Notes: generated from the letters alone by a model not told the origin. A stretch of 26,727 nt of DNA from Candidatus Hadarchaeota archaeon (GCA_964452145.1 CAYVLA010000011.1:25622-52348); one strand, 5' to 3'. Counted from the first letter of the stretch, positions 18,519-26,727 are shown. Numbers and translations: made by a program.

Positions 18519-19760
18519 CTAACCATCTCCTGCTGGATTTCGCCGTTCTCTCCGAGATGGAAACTCCTCCACCTCCATGGCCTCTCCCCCGTGGCTGGGG
18601 GGCCGATACAGAGGTGACATCACCCTCAACTTCCGGGCGCTCTCGATCACGGCTTCGATGGCATAATCCACCTCCTCGGAGGTGTTGGTTGCCCCAACGG
18701 AAAGCCGGATCGAGCTGTGGATGTCTACCGGTGGCAACCCCATGGCTTGAAGAACGTGGGAAGGCTCAAGCTCACCCGAGCTACAAGCCGAGCCCGTGGA
18801 AGTGCAGATGTCGAGGGCATCCAGGGCCAGGACCATGGCTTCCCCCTCAACGTGCCTTATCGTGAGGTTCGCGTTGCCCGGCAGCCTGCAAGTCGGGTGC
18901 CCGTTGAGGTAACTCTGATCAAGCCCTTCCAGCACGCCTCGCACAAGCCTGTCCCTCAGGCCCTGGACTCGCCGTTCTCGCTCGATCATCTCGCTCTCAG
19001 CCACCTCGATGGATTTGGCAAACCCTACGATCCCGGCGACGTTCTCGGTGGATGCCCTCCTCTTTCGTTCCTGGCCTCCGCCGTGCAGAAGGGGCTGTAT
19101 CTCCGTCCCCTCCCTCACGTACAGCGCTCCGATCCCCTTGGGCCCGTAGAGCTTGTGGCCTGAGGCGGACAGAAGATCGACGCCGAGCCTGTCCACCGAT
19201 ACCGGGATATGGCCCAATGTCTGAACCGCATCGGTGTGGAAGACTATGCCAGTCTCTTGGGCTACCCTGCCTATTGACTCCAAGGGCTCGATAGTCCCGA
19301 CCTCGTTGTTGGCATGCATGATCGAGATCAGCACGGTGCGGTCGGTGATGGCGTCTTCCACCCTCGCCGGATCCACCAGGCCGGTCGAATCGACCGGCAG
19401 GTAGGTCACATCGAATCCCTCCTGCTCAAGCGATGAGCATGCCCTCAGCACCGCGTGATGCTCGATCTGGCTTGTGATGATGTGGCGCCCCTTCTTCCGC
19501 AGCGCATAGGCAACTCCTTTCACCGCAAGGTTGTCAGCTTCCGTTCCGCCACTGGTGAACACTATTTCCTTGTCGGTGGCCCCGATGAAGGCGGCAACCT
19601 TGGCTCTGGATGCCTCAACGGCCTCTCTGGCTTGACGACCGAGGAGGTGCAGGCTAGAGGGGTTCCCATAGCGAACCCGGTAATAGGGAAGCATCGCATC
19701 AAGCACTTCTGGCAGCACCGGCGTGGTAGCTGCATTGTCGAGGTAGATCAGGATGATCAC
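18519..19760 (-). CDS. iscS: Cysteine desulfurase, group I (IscS/NifS)
   Basis: Motifs IYLDNAATTP, YGNPSS.H, FTSGGTEADN, HANNEVGT, HTDAVQ, SGHKLYGPKG and STGSACSSG. Likely start is near GTG 19760, not 19889. Confidence 0.96.
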   Translation of the reverse strand: MIILIYLDNAATTPVLPEVLDAMLPYYRVRYGNPSSLHLLGRQAREAVEASRAKVAAFIGATDKEIVFTSGGTEADNLAVKGVAYALRKKGRHIITSQIEHHAVLRACSSLEQEGFDVTYLPVDSTGLVDPARVEDAITDRTVLISIMHANNEVGTIEPLESIGRVAQETGIVFHTDAVQTLGHIPVSVDRLGVDLLSASGHKLYGPKGIGALYVREGTEIQPLLHGGGQERKRRASTENVAGIVGFAKSIEVAESEMIERERRVQGLRDRLVRGVLEGLDQSYLNGHPTCRLPGNANLTIRHVEGEAMVLALDALDICTSTGSACSSGELEPSHVLQAMGLPPVDIHSSIRLSVGATNTSEEVDYAIEAVIESARKLRVMSPLYRPPSHGGEAMEVEEFPSRRERRNPAGDG

Positions 19761-19794
19761 CGAGGAGTGGTCTTGGCTTACTGGGGGCGCGGGT

Positions 19795-19812
19795 TTAAAA
19801 ATAACACAGTTA
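19795..19812 (-). promoter_or_regulatory. iscS-cysK-cysE promoter: TATA TTTTTAAA with operator TAACACAGTTA (19802-19812) over the BRE position
   Basis: Exact palindrome immediately upstream of an AT-rich TATA-like octamer about 35 nt before the iscS start. Confidence 0.68.
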
Positions 19813-19883
19813 ACCCAGGGCTCTTGCCCTGTCTCTGACACCCAAGGATCGGCCGGGTGACGACCCCGGGCAGCGCACACGAC

Positions 19884-19902
19884 AAACATCGTTAATATTT
19901 TT
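19884..19902 (+). promoter_or_regulatory. Regulator promoter: operator AAACATCGTTA (19884-19894) overlapping TATA-like TTAATATTTTT
   Basis: One-mismatch palindrome. The TATA-like element lies about 30 nt upstream of ATG 19929 (leaderless), which suggests autoregulation. Confidence 0.58.
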
Positions 19903-19928
19903 CAACGACCGGCAGGCCCAGACATAGG

Positions 19929-20318
19929 ATGAAGACCCCGTGCGAACTGATCGTCAAGACCGTTCTTCCCACCATCCGAGCGTCGATAGCCAAGGAGCTG
20001 ATTGAGGAGCACGGGATGACGCAAAAGGAAACGGCAAGGATCCTAGGCCTCACGACCCCCGCGGTGAGCCAGTATCTGTCGATGAAGAGGGCAACGAAGA
20101 GGAATATGAAAGCCTTCAAATCCAAGGAGTTCGACCAGCTTGTCGGAGAGGCGGCCCGTGTGATCATGTCGGAGCCTGACGAGATCGGGGTGATGAGGGC
20201 GATATGCCATTGCTGCCTTGCTGTCAGAAGCAACAAGCTTCTGTGCTCCATGCACGAGGCCATCGCTCCCCAGCTTCGTGGCTGCACGTTCTGCATGGAG
20301 GTCGGCTGCAGAACCTAG
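19929..20318 (+). CDS. HTH transcriptional regulator (COG2522-like) with a Cys/His-rich C-terminus
   Basis: N-terminal MKTPCE.IV..VLP.IR..IAKEL, HTH GMTQKETARILGLTTPAVSQYLS.KR, and C-terminal ICHCC...LCSMH...GCTFC. Divergent from iscS. Confidence 0.88.
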   Translation: MKTPCELIVKTVLPTIRASIAKELIEEHGMTQKETARILGLTTPAVSQYLSMKRATKRNMKAFKSKEFDQLVGEAARVIMSEPDEIGVMRAICHCCLAVRSNKLLCSMHEAIAPQLRGCTFCMEVGCRT

Positions 20319-20451
20319 GCATGCTCGGTGGGCTTTCCCCAGAAGACCCCAGACGAGAGATCTGCAGCGACCCATATCGCATGAGGCGTGATGAGCCTTG
20401 AGACCGCTCGGATGCGTATCAACCCCAAGGAAGGTACCGAAGGTGCGTTAG

Positions 20452-21531
20452 ATGGGTCGTGACTCGATTGGCGGGTTGACCCGTGAGGGGCTAAGCGAAG
20501 AAGAGCTGGAGCTTTACTCGCGTCAGATAGTCCTGCAAGAGATAGACTATGACGGGCAGGTTAGACTGCTCAACGGCAAGGCATGCATCGTGGGCATGGG
20601 AGGGCTCGGATCGGCGGCAGCCACGCAACTTGCGGCCATGGGGGTCGGGTACCTGCGGATCGTCGACCACGATGTCGTGGAACTCTCCAATCTTCCAAGA
20701 CAACACCTCTACGACAGGAGTTCGCTGGGCTACCCAAAGGTCGAGGCTGCAGCCAAGTCGCTTCGACGGTTGAATCCACAAGTAGAAATGGAGACCCTCA
20801 CGACCTCAATTGCACCCAGTAGTGCCATGGATGTTGTGCGTGGCATGGATGTCGTGGTCGACGGACTGGACCAGATGATGCCCCGCTATGCCCTGAATAG
20901 GGCATGCCTGAAACTCGGTGTTCCCTACATCTTCGGGGCGGCCCTCGGAAGCAGAGGCAACATCTCCACAATCATCCCGGGCAAGACCGCCTGTTTGGAA
21001 TGCTTCTACGGGGACCTGAATGATGCTAGGCTCCCAAGATGCGGCACGATTGGCGTCCATCCCTCGGTTGTTGGCATCCTGGCCAGCATTCAGGTCGCAG
21101 AGGCGACAAGGCTCATCTCAGGGAGACCGCCGCGTTTGGCGGGTACGTTGCTCTACTGTGACCTTGAGGACATGACCTTCGACCACATCAGCGTCCCTCC
21201 ATCCGCACGCTGCCCGATCTGCGGCCCTAGACCTGTTGCAGGGCCCAAGCCTCTGAGGAGACAACCGGTTCGTGAGCTGTGCGGCAGAAAGGGAAGGAAG
21301 ACCTTTGTTCTGACTCCCAAGAACGATCTTGATCTGGACATCGACGGATTGGCTTCGGGAGTGCGGAGAATGGGGCATAGTATCGCCGTGAGGGGAGAAC
21401 TCGGCCTCACTTTCAACACCGAACGCGGCGAAAGAGCGAGCGTGCTGAAGAGCGGCGTGATGATACTTGAGGGACCGTGCAGCAAGCAAGATGCTCTGGA
21501 CTTCTACTCAAACCTACTCCGGCAGACGTGA
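20452..21531 (+). CDS. ThiF/MoeB/HesA family E1-like adenylyltransferase with an extra C-terminal domain
   Basis: Motifs LYSRQI, VGMGGLG, DHDVVELSNLPRQ.LY, PKVEAA, Zn-binding CLEC and CPIC, PRCGTIGV (catalytic-loop Cys) and C-terminal LCGR. Confidence 0.92.
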   Translation: MGRDSIGGLTREGLSEEELELYSRQIVLQEIDYDGQVRLLNGKACIVGMGGLGSAAATQLAAMGVGYLRIVDHDVVELSNLPRQHLYDRSSLGYPKVEAAAKSLRRLNPQVEMETLTTSIAPSSAMDVVRGMDVVVDGLDQMMPRYALNRACLKLGVPYIFGAALGSRGNISTIIPGKTACLECFYGDLNDARLPRCGTIGVHPSVVGILASIQVAEATRLISGRPPRLAGTLLYCDLEDMTFDHISVPPSARCPICGPRPVAGPKPLRRQPVRELCGRKGRKTFVLTPKNDLDLDIDGLASGVRRMGHSIAVRGELGLTFNTERGERASVLKSGVMILEGPCSKQDALDFYSNLLRQT

Positions 21532-21646
21532 GAGACGAGACAGACCGTGGTCTGGAGGCTTCTTCGGTACCCATTCTTAACAGGCAGACTGGAGGTACGA
21601 CCACAGACCGGTTTCCGCGAGATCCTCCGTCCGGAGGGCCAAGTCA

Positions 21647-22387
21647 CTATGCCCCTGTACGGCCCTCCTTTCGTATGATCCCGGCATACAGGGATCCCGC
21701 AGATTCGATGAAGCGCTCCACACACCAACCCGTGCCTTCCAGCAGACTCCTCATCTCCTGTTGTGATACGAGCAGGTAGTCGAACCAGTCCGAAACGTAC
21801 TTCTGATGCCTCACCCTCAGCCTCAGCTGTCCGGGAAGCCTGCCTCGACTCCTGTTCAACTCGTGATACTCCAGATGGAAGGGATTGGTCGTCCTATACG
21901 GATCGTTGCTGGTCCCGATGATCGTCCCGCATGCGCTGGTCATTCGGTGGAGCCTTCTCAGAAGCCACTTCCCTCTTCGCGTCCCTCCCAGCAGGCCGAA
22001 GTTGTTGCCCATCATCAGGATGGTGTCGAACTCCCCCAGCCTCGAGCCAACCCGCGTGATGCTCATCTCAACGACCTTTCGCAGACCCCTTGCCCTACAC
22101 ACCTGGATTGCCAATGGCGATGAATCTATGCCGAGAACGTCGAAACCCTTCTCCTGTAGATAGAGAGCATGTCTGCCTGCGCCGCAGCCGATGTCAAGAA
22201 CCCTGCCCTCAACGTGCCGCATGGCCTCCTTCTCGTAGTCAGGCCAATGATCGTAGGCCGAGAAGTACATCCGGGGGCCCACGGAGACGTCGATATAGCC
22301 ATCATCCCTCTCGACGATCTCCACGGCATGCTTGCCCTCGAAGCAATCGCGGATTATCCACCCGTAGGCATCCTTGTAGGACTCCAT
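21647..22387 (-). CDS. Class I SAM-dependent methyltransferase
   Basis: Motifs KDAYG, IVERDDG, VLDIGCGAGRH.LYLQ, GIDSS, FDTILMMGNNFG and WFDYL. Likely start is ATG 22387. Confidence 0.88.
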   Translation of the reverse strand: MESYKDAYGWIIRDCFEGKHAVEIVERDDGYIDVSVGPRMYFSAYDHWPDYEKEAMRHVEGRVLDIGCGAGRHALYLQEKGFDVLGIDSSPLAIQVCRARGLRKVVEMSITRVGSRLGEFDTILMMGNNFGLLGGTRRGKWLLRRLHRMTSACGTIIGTSNDPYRTTNPFHLEYHELNRSRGRLPGQLRLRVRHQKYVSDWFDYLLVSQQEMRSLLEGTGWCVERFIESAGSLYAGIIRKEGRTGA

Positions 22388-22587
22388 GCTGGATCCACCC
22401 AGAAGACATAGCGTCCTGGGCTCCATGGATGAAGAATGTCTCCCCCGGAGAGCCACCCATGGTCCGCCAACAGAGATAACAGGATACTGGTCTTCGCCCG
22501 CACATCTTCCGTGGTCATCTTCCCTGGTCAGACTGCGTTTGAGATCTCCCGGGGCTACCGCTGGCGTTGGCTGCCCTGCCCAGTTGT

Positions 22588-25143
22588 CTACGGGATCGAG
22601 GATCCGTGCGCCGATGTTCCCTCCATCGACCATGGCATTTGGTCCCTCCTCATGAACCATATGGCGTTGAGGCCCGCCATGGGAAATGCTCCTGCTTCGC
22701 TCCTGAGCACGATCTCGGCCTTTCCATCCTTCGTCGCGGTCCTTGGAACCGGAAACTCGAACAGTCTGATGTCTCCAAGCGGGAGCGGTATCTCGGTACC
22801 CACTCTGACACCATTCACCGACAGGCTCTGCCACATCTCTCCGCGGATGACGTCCTTCAGCTCGTCCTGGTGAAAACCGGTGGATATCCTGATGACGTAC
22901 TCCGCTCCGGGCTCCAGGTGATCGTACCTGAAGACCATGTAGGTGTCACTGCCGCCCCATGAATACCCCATGCCGTAATGGTGAAGCCTCGCTGGTCCGG
23001 TGAAGGGAAAGCAGCCGAGGATGTTCTCGTGCTCCACAAGGTGGACTGGCTTCCAGGGCCAGCCGACCCTCTCATAGAATCCTCCTTCGCCCGGCTCCTC
23101 GTAATGAACCACCATACGAACAATCTGTCGAGTTCCGTCCTGTCCCGGGCTATGCGCTGCCCGTTCCAGTTCGCGGACCCACCACCCTATCTCTGTGACA
23201 TCGAATTCCTTCATGTTGAAGTAGGCAGGTTCCCGGTACCCTATGATTCTGTTGGATTCCTCTCCGAGCAGTCTGACCTCCTCCCGGATTGCCTCCATCG
23301 ACTGGGTTTCCTGCAGGCTCTTCAGGACCTCTAGAGCCTTCTCGACGTACGTGCGCGGATTCTCGGATTCCAGGGCCTTCGTTAAGAACGGCAGGGCCTC
23401 CGCCTTGATCTCCCCGCCTCTGCAGAGCCACAGCTGTACGTACCTGTCGAGCAGGGCCTTCTGCATTATGATGCGCCAGCGGTAATCCGCCCTCAACAGG
23501 TTGGAAGGTATCTTGCTCCGCGCAGAACGAAGCAGTTCCACGGCCCCTGCTATCCCTTCATTTCCGATCACCGGTTTCTCCAAGGTCTGCTCCATGAGGA
23601 ATGCGGCCCGGGTCGTCTCCTCCTCAGCCTCGGGCCCGAACCAGTATCTGCAGTACTCGCTGGTTATCTGCTCGGCAGTCAGGTTCGGGTTCCAGAGCAT
23701 GCGGTACCAGAACCACTTGTTGAAGTCGTCATGCATGCCCTCCGTATAGAAGAGGTCGCCGATCGCATAGTGAAAGGTGTGGGACGCAATCCTGTGAAAG
23801 TGCCTTGGCCTGGTATTCCAGGCCCTTCTGTTGTATATCACGGCCAGGGCCATGTCGGGCTCCTCGACACCGTATTGGGACAGTATCCAATGGGTCACAT
23901 CGCTGAAGAGCACGATATTGCACTCCCTGAGGAGTTCATGGTGAAGGTATCTCAGGTAGTTTGAATGTTTGCCGAATCCCTCGTACTCGAACCATATCGG
24001 GTTGAGCGGAGATCGGTTGTAAGTGGACATCTCATTGCCCCCCGGCCCATATCGAAGGGCATAGAACCAGCCCGCATCGCCTTGGTTCAGATAGTCCAGA
24101 ATCGCCTGGTCTCCTTCGTTGGTGAGGTTCTGGTTAGCAGCCATCACCCTTGCCTGGGGATGGTACCGGTGAAGGACATCGGCCACCTCGCGGAGAAGCC
24201 TGATGAACGTCGCCCCGTACGGCATGCATCTCTCGCATGCACAGCCCGCGACATCGCCCGACTTGGTGGCGAGCATGTCGAAACCGGGGGAGTCCCGGAA
24301 TCTCTTCTCAAGGTTCCTTAGGATCGCCGCCCGGGCCTCAGGGATCGATGGGCAGACGTACCTCTTCCTGAAGTAAGCATTCACTTTCACGTGGAGCGAG
24401 TTGTGCGGAGTGGCCGCCCATTCTGCGGGGAAGTCGCCAGGCAGATCGTTGACGCAACTGTCGATATAGGTCATCAGTCCGCAGGACCGTGCCAGTTCGT
24501 CATGCACGGCTGCAGAAACGTTGGCTCCCAGGAGCACATGATCCTCGAACGCTACCATTCCTTCCTCCTTGGTTCGAGGCCGCATCCGGGCCATCTCCGT
24601 CAAGACCGGATTAGGTCCCGAGACAGTTGCAGGACCGCGCAGCTTGAAGGCTGGTTTGTCCCTCAGATCGACAACGGGGATCACAACACCGTTCGGAAGA
24701 TAGGTCATCAGCCTCAACATGGCGCCCACGCCATATATCGTGCCGCGGCCATCGGCTCCCGCTATCATCACGTACCGCTTTTCTTCAGTATCAGCCACCT
24801 TGATGGCGAAACCCTCGGGATGGACCCTGCAAGAATCGGGCAGGCAGGGCAGGACCAGACCAGACCTCTCTGCATGGAGCGCAAGGAGCCTGTGTGTTTC
24901 AAGCATGCCAACGAGGAACACCACATCGCAGGTCTCGACCGCTTCTTGTGCGGGTGGGGTCCCCTCGGTCGCCCTCTTGATGTGCACCGAGCTTCGCGCA
25001 AGGATGCGGCTTGCGAGCATGTCGAGGGCCTTGCACTCGATGGGCCCTGCCCTTTCCCCGCCGATCAGCCCCAAGGTGCTATACGACCATCCGTCGCCTT
25101 TGGCCGATCCCTGATCCTTCCGCATATTCGCTCTCTCCTTCAT
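22588..25143 (-). CDS. Large hypothetical protein with an N-terminal GH20/GH67-like alpha/beta domain and a beta-rich C-terminal domain
   Basis: 851-aa ORF with EGFAIK...IAGADGRGTIYGVGAMLR, DKPAFKLRG, VCPS, GCACERC, EGMHDDFNK and Y..YWFG. Confidence 0.6.
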   Translation of the reverse strand: MKERANMRKDQGSAKGDGWSYSTLGLIGGERAGPIECKALDMLASRILARSSVHIKRATEGTPPAQEAVETCDVVFLVGMLETHRLLALHAERSGLVLPCLPDSCRVHPEGFAIKVADTEEKRYVMIAGADGRGTIYGVGAMLRLMTYLPNGVVIPVVDLRDKPAFKLRGPATVSGPNPVLTEMARMRPRTKEEGMVAFEDHVLLGANVSAAVHDELARSCGLMTYIDSCVNDLPGDFPAEWAATPHNSLHVKVNAYFRKRYVCPSIPEARAAILRNLEKRFRDSPGFDMLATKSGDVAGCACERCMPYGATFIRLLREVADVLHRYHPQARVMAANQNLTNEGDQAILDYLNQGDAGWFYALRYGPGGNEMSTYNRSPLNPIWFEYEGFGKHSNYLRYLHHELLRECNIVLFSDVTHWILSQYGVEEPDMALAVIYNRRAWNTRPRHFHRIASHTFHYAIGDLFYTEGMHDDFNKWFWYRMLWNPNLTAEQITSEYCRYWFGPEAEEETTRAAFLMEQTLEKPVIGNEGIAGAVELLRSARSKIPSNLLRADYRWRIIMQKALLDRYVQLWLCRGGEIKAEALPFLTKALESENPRTYVEKALEVLKSLQETQSMEAIREEVRLLGEESNRIIGYREPAYFNMKEFDVTEIGWWVRELERAAHSPGQDGTRQIVRMVVHYEEPGEGGFYERVGWPWKPVHLVEHENILGCFPFTGPARLHHYGMGYSWGGSDTYMVFRYDHLEPGAEYVIRISTGFHQDELKDVIRGEMWQSLSVNGVRVGTEIPLPLGDIRLFEFPVPRTATKDGKAEIVLRSEAGAFPMAGLNAIWFMRRDQMPWSMEGTSAHGSSIP

Positions 25144-25456
25144 ACGGATCGCTTCCCATGCCGCAGGCAGGCAGATCCTGTCGTCTACCGAGTTGCGGGG
25201 TACTTAATATTCCATTTGTCCGGTTAGGGCTGATCGGTCATACGAAGGCTTGGGTCTCTAGGAAGGCAGGGGAAAATAGCAGCAGCCAAATCAAAGGCTG
25301 GCTCGATATGTAACAGAGCCCTGTCCTTCCCTCCGCCTTCCCAACCAAGTGTTGGCCACCGAGGGATCCACTTCATCGTCTGACAAACCGTCGGGGGACA
25401 AGGGAGGACTGACTCCGGGCATATCTTTTTCTCTGTCTTTGCCCACCGGATTCCGG

Positions 25457-26707
25457 ATGCGAAGCCGACATCGCACAGGCGTTCTGCTTGTAATTCTCAC
25501 CGGTGTATTGACGACCCAGATGCCATGCTGCCCTGCCCGGTCCCGCATCATGCACGTACTCGCCATCGGAGAGGTCGACACAAGTTACTGCCCCATCAAG
25601 GACTTCTGCGTTGTGGAGCCGTCACTGGATGTGACACTGGTTGTCGCCAGAGACATGCACAGCACCAACTACGGGGCAGAAGGCCTGAGACGCATGATTC
25701 GTCTATACATCCCTCGAAGCATGGATGCCATGCTGGAGTACGACCTCATCCTCCTCAACCAGCCGGTCATCGCCTACTTCCCCCTGACATCTTTGGAGCA
25801 GATGCGATCTGCCATCGCCGACCATGGAAAGGGGGCCCTCTGCTACATGGTGAGCCAGTACGCCGACATCTACATGCCATGGCTGGAGACCGAGCTGAGC
25901 AAGTGTTTTCCATACGATCACTACGCCAATCTGGCAGCCGGACATCCCGGAGACGAAGATTACGACCTGGAGGTGGTACGAGACGACCCCACGCTGCCGC
26001 CCCTCCTAACGGCCTACGTCCCCCTCGGCATAGAGAAAGTCAGGCCCTTCGGTGGCTCGCGGCCGACGTATGCGAAGGAGGGTGCAACGGTGTGGGCATA
26101 CTGCAGGACGCACGGACGCCACGGCCGCTACCCGCTCTTCATCTCGTGGCCGTACGGTCCCGGCCAAGGCTTAGCGTGGACCACTGCCGACCAGTTCGAA
26201 TCCCCGATGTGGCGCTCGCCTGATGGAAAGGAACGTTTCGCCTTGGATATCTTCACCGGAATCGTCTGGCTCAGCTCAGGATGGAACCTTCCCGACGACC
26301 CAATATGGGTCCGGAACATGCGCATCTCGTTCACGCAGATACGAGTTCGAGCCATCCTGACGCAGAGCCTGATCGAGTTCGTGGACATGTATGGAGCAAA
26401 CACTAGGCATGTCGAGCAGGAGTTAGCCAGAATGCTCGAGATCAACAGGGAGGCCGGTGAGCTATACCTGGACCACGATTTCTACTCCTGCGAGGCCCGA
26501 CTCACAGAGGCGCTGAATCTCGCCAGCGAAATAGAACGCGCATGCATCAGATTGCGGGAGAGAGCTCTGCTCTGGGTCTACGTCATTGAGTGGCTCGCCG
26601 TCACCTCGACGATGACGCTGGCCTTGGTCGCGGTCTGGTCGTTGATGATTAGGAGAAGGCTCTACCGCGAGGTCTCCCATACTAGGAGCTACTCGAGTGG
26701 TGGCTAG
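25457..26707 (+). CDS. Hypothetical secreted/membrane-anchored protein
   Basis: Basic plus hydrophobic N-terminus from ATG 25457 (MRSRHRTGVLLVILTGVLTT). Globular middle region (EYDLILL, PLFISWPYG.G), then a helical stalk and a C-terminal TM helix followed by RRRLYREV. Confidence 0.65.
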   Translation: MRSRHRTGVLLVILTGVLTTQMPCCPARSRIMHVLAIGEVDTSYCPIKDFCVVEPSLDVTLVVARDMHSTNYGAEGLRRMIRLYIPRSMDAMLEYDLILLNQPVIAYFPLTSLEQMRSAIADHGKGALCYMVSQYADIYMPWLETELSKCFPYDHYANLAAGHPGDEDYDLEVVRDDPTLPPLLTAYVPLGIEKVRPFGGSRPTYAKEGATVWAYCRTHGRHGRYPLFISWPYGPGQGLAWTTADQFESPMWRSPDGKERFALDIFTGIVWLSSGWNLPDDPIWVRNMRISFTQIRVRAILTQSLIEFVDMYGANTRHVEQELARMLEINREAGELYLDHDFYSCEARLTEALNLASEIERACIRLRERALLWVYVIEWLAVTSTMTLALVAVWSLMIRRRLYREVSHTRSYSSGG

Positions 26708-26727
26708 TCCGGGTGCGCTGAATCCAG

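Noticed and set aside
19761..19889. N-terminal extension of iscS in the ORF track
   Set aside because: It runs through the TATA box and operator sites, and homology begins at IYLDNAATT.
9942..19894. Identifying the palindrome as a SurR site
   Set aside because: SurR recognises GTT-N3-AAC. The motif here has the opposite half-site order (AAC-N3-GTT), and the local regulator is not SurR-like.
22388..22834. N-terminal 149 aa of the 395-aa methyltransferase ORF
   Set aside because: It overlaps the end of the 851-aa gene in another frame, and family similarity only starts at MESYKDAYG (22387).
25311..25321. TAACAGAGCCC as a sixth operator
   Set aside because: It matches only the left half-site; GTTA is missing.
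1..26727. CRISPR arrays, IS elements, integrases, rRNA/tRNA genes, selenocysteine or pyrrolysine read-through
   Set aside because: By eye I found no periodic repeats, transposase or integrase motifs, RNA gene signatures, or genes interrupted at a conserved position.

Overview
This is a GC-rich, gene-dense chromosomal segment from an anaerobic prokaryote, most likely an archaeon. The evidence is TATA-box-like promoters about 30 nt upstream of starts, GGTGA-type ribosome-binding sites, and archaea-typical COG2522 and DUF6775 genes, mixed with several bacterial-type genes. The left part encodes ferredoxin-linked 2-oxoacid oxidation: a 5'-truncated single-chain PFOR with a DHOD-like flavoprotein, a 4x[4Fe-4S] polyferredoxin and korAB-like genes. 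A DUF4838-like protein also lies there. The centre (about 9.9-21.5 kb) is a sulfur assimilation and trafficking island: nadA, the MA1821/MA1822-type homocysteine synthase pair, a THUMP-less PP-loop thiolase, larE, DUF6775, a Cys-type thi4, cysE, cysK, iscS, a divergent Cys-rich HTH regulator and a ThiF/MoeB E1-like enzyme. The main unexplained signal is an 11-bp palindrome, TAAC-N3-GTTA. It occurs at five promoters in this island, including the regulator's own, which suggests a sulfur/Fe-S regulon run by a non-Rrf2 regulator. The right end holds a SAM methyltransferase, a large GH-like protein and a membrane-anchored protein. I saw no RNA genes, CRISPR arrays or mobile elements. All family calls come from motif recognition, not database searches.
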